From NCBI GenBank assembly GCA_002269645.1, contig NIVC01001535.1, positions 92,976 through 156,975 on the forward strand: DNA of 64,000 nt, read 5' to 3'. Numbering within the stretch: the first letter of the stretch is position 1; every line of letters begins with the position of its first letter. This DNA is from Macrostomum lignano (lineage: Eukaryota). The translations under genes were made by a program, and so were the position numbers. A model generated the notes under the pieces. That model worked only from the letters and a program-made list of their open reading frames with translations. It did no database searches and had not been told where the DNA came from. Positions 45,849-59,103 of this stretch are shown one piece after another.

Positions 45849-46990
45849 GCTGCAGAACAGGATGTCAATCTGCCACCATAAAATTATGTTATGATTGGTT
45901 ATGTTACAAATGAAAATACAATGACCTGCATAAGATTGCTACTAGTTATAACAAATATTTTTTATATATATAATAAATTTGAAATAAAAAATAAAATCTA
46001 TATAAATAAGTAAAAAGACTTTAATAATTAAAAAATTTGTTAAAACTAAAAGTAATAAATTATGATAAAGGAGCAAAATCAATATATAGTAATAGGATCT
46101 GATGCTTAATCAGGTTCATATAATTATATTGGACTAATATTAAACTTGCTTAAACTGTTATATACATACAATGTATAAAAGGTGTGCCAGAAAATTTCTC
46201 TACAACTGAAACAAAAAACTAGCTCGTAGCAGTAGCAAAAGTCTAAGCTGCTCCCACAGAGTAAGCTTCTTCGAGTCAAATGCACTTTTCTATCTTTCCT
46301 TCTACAATAATATAATAAGCAGTTCTTGACCAAAATTTTTATTAACTTATGTGTAACCCATATTCTAAAAAAATGCAGTTTTGGGAAAGTTCTTATATTC
46401 AAAAAGGCTTTAGGCAGTCATATGCCATATATACAGTGCAGCAAAGAACACACTAATATATTTTGTTTTACATCATTGGGGAGATTCCTCATGGAATTGA
46501 TTTTATATATCTCAATTTCAATAAAGGCATGGGGTCTGTTAAACATTAGGTACATAAAAGTTTAGGATAAGGTCTAGGGGGGATGAGCAACCAAAAGGTC
46601 AATAGTCTAAGCTGATACATACATAACAATACATAACATAAGCTGATACATAACAATTGGGGCATGGGGAATAAGGGTTTTAGGGTAGAGGGACTTCATA
46701 AAGATTAATTTTATGTATCTAAACTTCAATAAAGGCATGACATAAGGGTTTAATAAAGATTAGGTACATAAAATGTTGCTTTAATTAAATGAAGCCTAAA
46801 TTTTAAATCAACCTAGATAAGTAAACCATATAGAAAAAATATTATAGTCCTATCAAAACTAGGACTATTATGTACACTAACTTCAAGAGGGTTGGTGACC
46901 TATAGATTAGATATATATATAAGATTATTATATAGGATTATATAGACGAATTCATGAAATATAGTCTAGACTATTTTATATTTGTATATA

Positions 46991-48620
<1,630 letters not shown>

Positions 48621-48832
48621 GCCATGACATGCCCCTCCGATTATGATAAGATATTTGATAAGATAAAAAATAATGCAGCAGTGCCTCGTGTAGTTGTGTT
48701 CATATATTGTGGCCTTGTGGTCGTGGATTCATGGTTTGAAAGTTTTTATATAATTTTAGTTTTTATTGAAAGTTTTTATATAATTTTAGTTCTTATTCTT
48801 AATAAGTTTTTATTATTTTGAAGTATCTGCTA

Positions 48833-49293
48833 GGGAGGACGAGAATTTCCCGCAGGAATTTTTCCCGCCGAGCTTTCCCCGCACGAGTTTTTCCCGCACG
48901 AGATTCTCCCGCAGCGAGTTTTTCCCGCGACGAAAATTTGCCGCAGGAGCTTTCCCCGCACGAGATTCTCCCACAGCGAGTTTTTACCGCAGCGAGAGTT
49001 TCCCGCAGGAAATTTCCCCGTCGAGATTTTCCTGCCGAGCTTTTACCGCCAAGATTTTCCCGCACGAATTTTCCCCGCATAGACTTTCTCCAGCAGAAAG
49101 ATTTTCCCGCAAGAAATTTCTCGTGATTGCCTGTTTACCTTAAGAAAAAAATTATAAAAAGGAAAGCTATTAGCAGAGACGCGATTTTCTTTGATAAATT
49201 CGACACAGGCAGCCAGCCAGGCAGGCAGACAGACACAGACAGACAGGTAGGCAGACAGACAGATAGACAGACAGACAGACCGACAGACAGACC

Positions 49294-49330
<37 letters not shown>

Positions 49331-49644
49331 GTAGGAAGGTAAACAGGCAATCACGAGAAATTTCTTGCGGGAAAATTTTTCTGCTGGAAAAAGTCTGTGC
49401 GGGGAAAATTCGTGCGGGAAAATCTCGGCGGTAAAAGCTCGGCAGGAAAATCTCGACGGGGAAATTTCCTGCGGGAAACTCTCGCTGCAGTAAAAACTCG
49501 CTGTGCGAGAATCTTGTGCGGGGAAAGCTCCTGCGGCAAATTATCGTCGCGGGAAAAACTCGCTGCGGGAAAATCTCGTGCGGGAAAAACTCGTGCGGGG
49601 AAAGCTCGGCGGGAAAAATTCCTGCGGGAAATTCTCATAGACCC
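48833..49644. mobile_element. Foldback-type non-autonomous DNA transposon, 308-bp TIRs built of short subrepeats, 8-bp TSD
   Basis: Arms 48833-49140 and 49337-49644 are reverse complements. Termini GGG...CCC. TSD ATCTGCTA at 48825-48832 and 49645-49652. Spacer contains (GACA)n. Confidence 0.88.
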
Positions 49645-50215
49645 ATCTGCTAGGGGAGATGCGAAACCTTGAAATCTTTTGGCCGGAGGCTTGGGTGAAG
49701 TTGGTTCGCCCCTGGCCCTGACTCCCGTGACAGTATGATTGTGTGAATGAGCATGAAAACAAAGTAAAGTATTGTAAAAGCATATTGAAAGGTATAAAAT
49801 ATCATTTTCATAATAGATATTAACAAATTACCATTTAACTCCCTGATTCCCCGGGGAAAGGGTTCAAATTCCCCGGGGAGTAGAAAGGCCGGGGAATTGA
49901 CATCTCTAATCGCATCGCCTTTTCATAAATCTTTCGCTTTTACAAACCATGCTGGATTCCCTCGATTTGCCAATTGCCATCCACTGTTAAACTGCTGCAC
50001 AGAGTTTAGAGGGCAGTGGTTAGAATTTCTCACTAATCTGTTATGGCTAAACGTAGCCTCTCCACTCTCGGGGAGCAGAGAAGGCTATAAATAAAGTTAT
50101 TCCAAAACACTGTACATTTGCTATGTACATTCTGCCTTATCGCCTGACCCTTGGTCTGGCTCTGGGCAGTCTGGGAGAATGAGTGAGTGAGTGAGTGGCA
50201 CAAACAACAGAAAAA

Positions 50216-50763
50216 GCAGACAAACTTCACACGCTTACAGTTTCTTTTTCAGTTGAGTTACAGAGTTGAAACTTTACATTTAGATAGAGAATGAGTCAAT
50301 GAAGAATTGTGTCAAGTTTGAAGTCAATCGATTTACGTGGAGCAAACTTATGGCAGCTGAAAGTTAGTCAATTTTGAAACCCTTTTACACATCTGGGCCC
50401 AGATCGGGAAAGAGAGGCGGGCACAGCACCGCTCAGGATTAACTTTGAGACTTGAAATTTTACATAATTGTGCCAAAATAGTTGAAGATTGTCTGTGTCA
50501 AATTTGAAGAGAATTGGTAAAAGTAGAGCGGCGCTATGGAGGATTTAGTGAAAAAATCGCGTATTTTGAGCAGTTTTTTGTACTTTTAGGTAGGAAGACT
50601 TGAGTCTAGGAAATTTAAAGGTAGCCTAAGACATTCTCCGTAGTAAGTTTAGGGTGGGTGTAAAGTTTGGTGTCATTTGGTTGAGCGGTTTGGGAGTCCA
50701 TAGCGATCAAAATTGTACACAGACAGACAGACAGACAGAGTTTTGATTTTTATATGTAGAGAT
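50216..50763 (+). mobile_element. Helentron-associated (HINE/DINE-1-like) non-autonomous element
   Basis: Three AAGTTTG..G.CAAT(C/T)GG-like motifs, the last followed by GCGGTTTGGGAG, then (ACAG)n and a TTTTATATGTAGAGAT end. This is the layout of DINE-1/HINE-type elements; boundaries are approximate. Confidence 0.55.
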
Positions 50764-51243
50764 AACAAACCATAATAGTTTTATTATAAAAATCAATAGA
50801 AAATTGAAACATTTTTATCATTTATGTCAGACTTACACAAGGCTTAGGCTGCTGCATGCAGCATGCTAGACATAATAGACTAGGGGGGGAGGTGGCAGGT
50901 TATCTGTAAATGTTGCATTAAAAAGCAATGACAAAATTCTATCTATGGGAATTTTTTAACATTATAGCAAATTAAAGTTTGTATAAATTATTGCTAAGAA
51001 TGTAAATTTTGCATCATTCTTTTTATATGTATAATTTAAGTTTGTCTAAAATAAAAGTATTTGTAATATTTAAAAAAACTTTTCATACAAAAGCCTTTCT
51101 TAGGAAACTCTACTTGTGAAAACTGAATGACCTTTTTTAGACCAAATTTTTTGGCATACATTTAAGAGACATTTTTGCTTTTGGGGTATACTGGTGTACA
51201 TTTAGCTGAGATAGGATTCTTGTTCTGGCGTACACTACAACAT

Positions 51244-51540
51244 CATACATGTGCAACCTCCAAAATTCGGTCAGCCGTGCGACTTAGTTTTAACAAAAAT
51301 GCGACGTAGTTTTTGGCCAAAAATGTGACTTACATATAAAAAACCCGAAAGCAAAATTAACGCAACTTTGGGTAAACGGCAGGAGTAACTATGACTGTTT
51401 TATTAAGCTAAAATGCCTCGTCAGCTACTTAGTACTACTCTTCAGGTTATTTTTTGGGTGGGCATTTTTGCGACTTCCTTGATTGGCCACCAAATCGGTC
51501 GGCCAGATCGGCCGACTCGGCCGACTGTTGCACATGTATG
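51244..51540. mobile_element. hAT-type MITE
   Basis: Perfect 14-bp TIR CATACATGTGCAAC; perfect 8-bp TSD TACAACAT (51236-51243, 51541-51548). Confidence 0.85.
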
Positions 51541-51659
51541 TACAACATGATCCAGACCCTGGCTTAGACCTAATGTAGACCTCGCTGGCTTGGTCTATTT
51601 ATAAATTGCAATTAAAAAAATTGTTTAATCATCCCTACAAGCTGTAAGGCTATACTATA

Positions 51660-52285
51660 GCCATAGTCAGGATCATGGCACGGGTACACCGGAAGAAAAT
51701 TAGCACTAGAAAAATATTTTTTCTTTCCTTTTCAGTTTAAAAAAAAACAGTTTTTAAAAAAATAAATGTGATGCATTAGGATTCATGATATTGCAGGTGT
51801 GCCATAGTCAGGATGATGTACATTATGCCAGAAATTTCCGGTGTACAATTGAAAATTTTACTTTTTGGCATACAATTGGCGTAAAAAATGAGGCAAAATA
51901 TATTTGGCATACCTTTTGGCATGATACCGTGGCGTAAATCATAAAAACTGTAAAACTTGTAAGATGAAAGTTTATAACTATTTGTCATTTATAAAAATTT
52001 AAAATTCCATGCAAACTAATTGTGTAATTTTCTAAAAAAAGCTTAAACAAAAAATATGATGTTAACTAGTGCATTGTATTTGGTGAGTGAAGCGGGTAAA
52101 GTAGAGGTATTTATAAAGTAGGCAAAAAAGTGTAACATGCAAAAAAGGATATTTATTGTCGCAAAGCCTAGAAAACCTGGTGTAAGTTCCTAGGACCTTG
52201 GCGTATGTTTCAGTATAAAGTGGCATATATTTTTAGGGGGGACTTTTTATTCCGGTGTATACCATGACATGATCCTGACTATGGC
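51660..52285. mobile_element. TIR element (MITE-like) with internal duplicate of left end
   Basis: GCCATAGTCAGGATCATG...TACACCGGAA at 51660 and its reverse complement ending at 52285. Extra direct copy of the left end at 51801. No TSD found. Confidence 0.65.
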
Positions 52286-54549
52286 GGGTGCGTGCACGCA
52301 GGGCCCCACACCCACGGTGGTGCGGCGTATAATTGTGTGTCGTGGCATGCCATTGCATGCCATGGGGTACTTTCTCTAAACTGTGGTACGCCATGTACGC
52401 CGAAATTGGCCCAAAATTTCCCTGTGTACGCCAGAATTTTCCGAGTAAAATGCCATCTTCCTGACTATTGTAACTATAGTAGGCCTATAGGCAATGAATT
52501 ATTATAGGCAAAACTTATAGTGCATAGCATTTTATGTGCATTATAAAATAGAAACTTCGTGTTGAAGCCATACATTACATAGAAGTTGTGTACTAGTACT
52601 TGTACGTGTTGTGTTATACTAAGTTTTAGATAGCAAAAGCGTCCTATTGGAAAAGTCGGGATCTGGGAAGACAAAAAAATTGTTGCGTAGCGTTAAAGTT
52701 AAATCTGCAGTTGCAGCACTTGTTAGTTGTAGGTAGGTACAGTCACCTGATTTCCCGTTATCTATTGATGACATGACCCGTTTTCCAACTATTGATTTAA
52801 TTAATTCAGAGAAATGTACCATATTGAATTTGTTTTTATATTAAAATAACAAATATTTCAACTAAAATCTACGATAAGAGTCTTTAATTTAGATGCTAAA
52901 CTATAAACATTAATTTTTTAAAAAAATTAACTAAATGACCTATAGGAGATTAAACTGTTTTAAAAATAATGCATTGCGTAGGTTGCACAAGAGCGGATAC
53001 ACAAAAGTTGGAGAATACTCGCATTTTTGTTTGAATTAAATGGTAATTTCTTAAATAAGAAAAATTATTTACTTCGGTTTGCATGTGCAATGAGATTCTT
53101 TTAAGACGTGCACTTATACGGCGTGCGTACTACAATGGTTCTGCGCATACATATTGTTGTATTACACTACTGTTAAATGTGTACATGTGCATGAAATTTT
53201 TGGGTACACAGTCAGGCGTGATGTAATTACTAATTACCACCAAATATGTAAGATGCAACCTCTAATAAGCTTGAAAATGCAATTAAAAATTACTGCAGTT
53301 TCACACAGCAGTAGCATTTTTATTAGTAGCAAATTATTATGATCGATGCATGATGACATGCTGACGTACCACGGGCCATCTACATGTGTCATACTCGAGA
53401 AGAAAAAAAGCAAACATTTATACTGTTCAATATACAAAGTCAGACGTTTGGTCATTTTAATTGGTGTTCAGTGCGAAGTTTTGTAGTATAGCACCCGTAA
53501 TTCGATCTTGCATCAGAATTACTGCTGCACATGTGAATTATGAAGCTATATTGAATGCACATCTACGTGTACATGTATGCAGATCATAAGCATGTAAGAA
53601 CATGTATAAACCGCGCGTACCAGGTATCAAATTAAATTAGTATCAAAAATGCCGCGCGGGCTGTTAATTTTTTCAGCATGGTGATCCTAAATTTTTGTCA
53701 ACTACCATGTTGCATGTATACAGTAGTACGTACAGTTAAATGCTGTTCAAATGCAGGATCTCATGCATGCTTTCGACGCAATAAAGGTAAATTTACCGGT
53801 ACTTAACTTGAACTTGTAAGCGAATGTAAACAGAATGCGCGATCGTCAAAGCTGTCAAAATTTACATATATCAGAATTCGGAAAAATTACCTTTGAGGCT
53901 CGAGTTTAAGTAGAAGGAGAAACTATACGTACGTTTCTTGGAAAATTTTCAGTAAAAAGTAGAGTAAAAAAGTAAATAAAGTATGAGAATGAGCTAGACA
54001 TATGCACAATGTATGAGATTCAGTAAAAGTGCATTGAGAGTAATATGAAATCCTCCATCTCACCTGAGAACTCATGAGTATGTGTGAAATAGTCTAGTAC
54101 GTGATGCATCATGCGCCGCCTCATCTGATCCCACTGTCAAATTGCGGATCCTCTTTTTGGAAACTTGCGGAAGTAAGGATCAGAGAACCGCGGCTTGGGT
54201 AGCACACAGAATTTAGTTGCTAGCCCAATTTGACCCAGCCTTACCTAAACTAGCTCGAGAAACGGAAAAAGCAGACAGGAATGGAAATGGAGACAGGAAT
54301 AGCGCGATCGCAAAGCTATAACTGCAGGTGTTAAAAAACCAAATCACAATGCCCAGCACAACCAACCCTATTCCTTCGTGTCTCGCCCAGGCCTCTGCAA
54401 ATCTCAAGGAAGCGTTGTGTTCAGAAGAAAACACCTTGTAACCATTGGAAACCAGAAATATGAAAACTTTTCTATAAAATTTTAAAGATTCAGTTAACAG
54501 GCGAGCGAAGCTTGAAGATATTTTTCTATTGAAATTCCCTCAAACTGAC

Positions 54550-55305
54550 ATGGAAACTACGCTTGTTTTTTGGATTTTAGCCTGTGTGCTGATGGTTCAA
54601 CAGGCTGTTTTACTGCAAGCTCAATTCTGCCCAGCTCCGTTCAGCCTCGAGGCCGGCAAATGCGTGTTCGTGAGCACAGCTCAAAGCCAAACCTGGTGCT
54701 CTGCTAATGAGAAGTGCAAGTCAATAGGAGGCGAGCTGCTCAACTCGTACAGCTCACTGCAGCAACTCGGCAACATGCCGAGTCTCGACTGCGGCTGCAA
54801 CATCTGGCTGGGTGTGACCGACCTGGCTGATGAGAGAAACTCGAACAAGTTAGGCTGGAAAAGAATCAATGGCAAAGGAGCGCTGTCGCTAGATGACTCT
54901 CATTGGACTTTATCTGATCCCGACAACTCTGGCGGCAATCAAGACTGTGTGGCGCAGTCGGATGACTTCTACGGAAGACTTGTTGACCATAAATGCTTGG
55001 ATTTGCACGGATTCGTCTGCGAGTTCGTGGCAGATGCAGCTCCGCCCCAGCATCTCGCCGAAGCCTCGTGGAAGCGAACTCCGTTCAAGCGCACCAGCTA
55101 CAACCCCAGCACGGAGTACTGCCACACTGACCTGATGCAGGTGAAGAACTCAATTCACTGCGTGGCGGCCGGCATGCGTGCTGGCAACTGCAGACACGTG
55201 CTGTACAACATCAAGCTGAAAACCTGCCGTCTGCTGCTGTTCACCGACGCTCAGGTGGAGGAGGAGATCGAGACGAGCGCCGACTGGGTGAAGTTCAGCG
55301 TGTAA
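54550..55305 (+). CDS. Secreted C-type lectin domain protein with C-terminal PAN/apple-like domain
   Basis: Intronless ORF from ATG 54550 with a signal peptide. CTLD pattern C..CVFV..TWC.A..C...GG.L...IWLG...W....DPDN.GGNQDC......LVD..C.....FVCE, then HC......CRHVLYN....TCRLL. Confidence 0.88.
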   Translation: METTLVFWILACVLMVQQAVLLQAQFCPAPFSLEAGKCVFVSTAQSQTWCSANEKCKSIGGELLNSYSSLQQLGNMPSLDCGCNIWLGVTDLADERNSNKLGWKRINGKGALSLDDSHWTLSDPDNSGGNQDCVAQSDDFYGRLVDHKCLDLHGFVCEFVADAAPPQHLAEASWKRTPFKRTSYNPSTEYCHTDLMQVKNSIHCVAAGMRAGNCRHVLYNIKLKTCRLLLFTDAQVEEEIETSADWVKFSV

Positions 55306-55590
55306 TGAATAAGAAGACACTTATAGCTCGTCATTGTGCACAGCAGTCAAACAGTGTACAATGAGATCGGGAAAGAGAAAGGTTCAATGAATATAGTACA
55401 TACATGTACATGTATATGTTACCAGATAGCTTTTTGGGCAGAAATGCGAGGTTCCGCGAGGGCACTTAACGCCGCCCTCTAACGGTGCCCTCCCATTTCT
55501 GTATACTAGGAGGACTGAATATTTGTATTGTTAGTAGGCTTTTACCATAGATATAATTCCCGCTGCTAGTGGGGGTGCGGAGGGCAGAGC

Positions 55591-55882
55591 CATGGAGTTC
55601 TAAAATTAGCAATCTGGCACGGAAACGAGTTTTACCTCACGAGGCCCCAATTGTAAAGAATAAGGAGCCAGCTAGCACTGAATGTCTATGGCTCTGTCTG
55701 ACTCTGTCTATGCAAGGAGTTCTAAGAGTTTTTCACTTTTACCCCATGAGGCCAGACTAGCATGGACAGAGTCCGACAGAGCCATAGAAATTCAGTGCTG
55801 GCTCCTTATCTTAACAATTTGCGTGGCCTCTCATGAGGTAAAACTCGTTTCCACTCCAGGTTGCTAATTATAGAACTCCTTG
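55591..55882. mobile_element. Palindromic hAT-type MITE
   Basis: Arms ~55591-55712 and ~55759-55882 are imperfect reverse complements. Termini CA(T/A)GGAGTTCTA. 8-bp TSD GGCAGAGC/GGAAGAGC (7/8). Confidence 0.75.
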
Positions 55883-56496
55883 GGAAGAGCGTTCTTTGGG
55901 GCTGTGGGGTTATAACCGTAGACAATTTTTTTCATCAAGTTGCCACATATTTGAAGGGAAAACATCCAGGCAAATTTAGCGGGCAAATAAAGCCATATAC
56001 ATAGATAATGAAGAAGATTTTCGTGTTAAAAGGAACGTAAACGATAAAAATTTTAACACGATTTTTTTGTTAATTAATTAAATAATCTCTGATAGTTTTT
56101 AATGAGTATACATGTATATCGTAATGACCATGAATATTATATCTCTGCAATCGCAATTAAGGAACATATTAGCTTGCACTTTTAATATCTGAACAAAGAC
56201 CTAGCACTCTGGCAAGTATAGAATCTCTCTAAAGTACAAAACTAAAATTTTCCTATGTGTAGAAAATTAGTTACAAGTAAATATAAACAAGTAGTTGCCC
56301 CCTACTTCCTGTCCTCATGCAACTAAATTGAATGCAGATAAAACGACAAACAGCACGATTAAAAATAGTTACAATCCTTTGGTAGAATTCAAACCCTTTT
56401 ATCGACGCCACAACTTTCTGTTAATAACTTATTACCCAACGTTTTTATCACAATCCAACGAAAATAGACTGTATTATAATTACCCTATTAAATATA

Positions 56497-57360
56497 CCTT
56501 TTTGCGATCTAGTTTGCCAAAACTGCAATCAATTTTTCCCGCGGAAAATATCACTTATAATTTTGCTGTCTATGCCAAGTCTGCTCAAGTATGTCAAACA
56601 GATCTAGACAACTCTGAAAACTGCAATCAATTTTGCCAAAACTGCGACCTAGTTTGCCCATAGCAAAGAAAACACCACAGACATACATAGCAAGATCAAA
56701 GAATTGCCCAGCGTGGACCTTATAACAGGATTTCAGCGAAGGACCGGCAGCGATTGATCCAAGCCTATCATGATCAGGATGGAGAGGACTGGCAAGATTT
56801 CGGTAGGCTGTTGGGCATCTCACGAAGAACCGTGACTTACATAGTTGGACAATTCAACGCAACCGGTCGTATAGAGCTTCTGCCTCGCGGAGGTCCCTTA
56901 ACAATGCTATGATTGAGAGCATTTGTGCCCACAGAATCTGTGTTTGTGCCTACGTCTACCATTATTGTACCATGACCTTTGTGCCCGCTGGGCACTTATT
57001 CTTGCCTTTTAATGCCATAGACTACATTTAAGCCCGCTTGCAGGAGTCAAACTTACTTTAATGCAAATTAGCGAGCAGTTAATGACATTTAAGGCCCGAT
57101 TGTCTATTTCAAACTTACTCTAATGCAAATTAGCGGGCAGTTAATGTCATTAATTGCCCGCTAATTTTGTCCCACTTTGTCAAGGACACAAATGTCTATG
57201 GCACAATAATAGTAATAATGTACTATTATAAACTCGCTGTTTATTGTTCACTGTTACAGTTTATTTCGTCACACTTCCGAATTGATTCTCAATAAAAATT
57301 CTTCTTGGCTTGCCATGGTCAAACTAGGTCGCAGTTTTGGCAAACTAGATCGCAAAAAGG
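56497..57360 (+). mobile_element. Internally deleted Tc1/mariner element with transposase HTH remnant and nested MITE
   Basis: TIR CCTTTTTGCGATCTAGTTTGCCAAAACTGC flanked by TA. 56712-56897 encodes RGPYNRISAKDRQRLIQAY..LLGISRRTVTYIVGQFNATGRIELLPRGG (Tc1-like HTH). Inner imperfect IR pair 56957-57214. Confidence 0.8.
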
Positions 57361-57504
57361 TATCTATATTAACACACAACTATTATTCCTACTATTAACA
57401 TTCCCTCTATACTAATTCATTAATAAAGCCGAACTTGCAACAACTTCTATTCGAGCTGAAAGCAATAAACTTCGTGCATTATAATACTTCAGTAATTTCA
57501 AGTG

Positions 57505-57768
57505 CTGTAGGCACCCTGCTAGCGCAAAGCCTTTGGCGACATTGGTCCCACAACATTAGCGCTGAGACAAATCTGCCCATTCCGCAGACTCCAGAGCATA
57601 CACAAGCGCGCTAATACTGTGCGCAGGCACGCACTCATCCATGTACACACGACAAACCCTACCTAGTCAATTTTTGTACACACAGGCCCCAAATGAATGT
57701 GGCGGAATCGAACTCAGGAGTCGTGATGCGAGTCAGACGCGTTTTACCGCTGAGCTGCTTACCTGCCC
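57505..57768 (-). mobile_element. tRNA-derived SINE, copy B
   Basis: Minus strand A-box AGCTCAGCGG, B-box GAGTTCGATTCC, Ala(CGC)-like loop, poorly paired stems. Shares core with 3214-3530. Confidence 0.65.
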
Positions 57769-59103
57769 GCGGCTTCTTGCTTAATTTATTATATCCCTGT
57801 TGACAACTATTTTGTCTTAGATTTTGCACGTGTCTAAACAGAATCAGTGATTAGTCTATCGAGATATGTATTAACATTTAGATTGACCGCGGGTAGCTAT
57901 CTGAAATAGATATGACATATCTGATGTAGCAATACAATGTACACACAATACAAGGTTTAGGGACATGTACATTAGCAACAACGCGAGCCTGACTTTCGCG
58001 TCAATGATGGCTTCTGGGCTTGTCGTGAGAGCTCAAAGACTACTCAAGAAGTAGGACGGGAAACTACGTTTCTTGGAAAATTTTAGGGGCAGGTTTTTCG
58101 AGGTAAAGAATACTTGTACATTACGGCGTACATTATATACATTATTTATATACATTATACACCCCCGTATACGGAGATAGTTTTTACTTTTTTAGCACAC
58201 AAATTACTATTGCCTTTGATAGGAGGAGGCAGACCCAATGTTCATCTTTTATTTTAATATGCCTCGGCTTTCGTATAGCTCTATATGATCAATAGAGCAA
58301 TAAGAAAGGCACAACATATCAAAAGATGAACATTGGGTCTGCCGTCTATTAATGGCAATAACAGTTTTTTTGTGCTAAAAAAGAGAACCTCATATCTCTG
58401 TAATGTATTTTCTCGAAAAAAACCGAGCTCAAATGTACCTGCCAATGCAAGAAAGTCAGACTATTGTACAGAATGTACACTCTGCATGAGCGTGTGCCTC
58501 CTTGACTTGCAGCAGTGCCCCCCGTTTTGACTTTCACCGTAATGTAATATAAGAACTATATTTTCGCGGAAAATAAGAAAAGTATTATATTTAAATTAAA
58601 AATTTTCTTATAGCTGCGTTAATGAAGTTAGGAAAATGATGCCACCGACTTTATTTTATATTAGCTAACTTAGTTGACATTACATATGAGCAATACTTGA
58701 TAAATTTTATTCGAACAATACAGTAATAATAGTGCAATAACACAAAAAATGATTAGAAAATACTGAATTTTATCATACAGTACGACGGAACAGCTGCAAC
58801 GGAAGTTAAAATTACAAGAGCAAAATCTTGAAAAATCGAATAGTTGCTACGCAGGATAAAATGATTTAAAACGTACCAGCTTAGTTAGAAATGCATTGTA
58901 TTGAGCTGTCAAAGTCAACTAACATATTCTTACAAAATTTACATTGAAGTTTTATAAATGCTTATGATATATTTTGAGCTAGAATAGGAGTACAAACGAA
59001 AGATATGAAATAGAATAAAATAGGTTTAAAAAAGAAAAAAACGGTTTCGAAGTTCAATTGCACAACAATAAGTATTTGCTGCAATCTTCTGAGTTATTGA
59101 TTT

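Noticed and set aside
49838-49908. hAT-like end (CCCCGGGGAATTGACATCTCTA)
   Set aside because: No convincing partner terminus or TSD was found; at most a solo fragment.
57695-57768. Functional tRNA-Ala(CGC)
   Set aside because: Acceptor and anticodon stems do not pair, and it continues into a SINE body.
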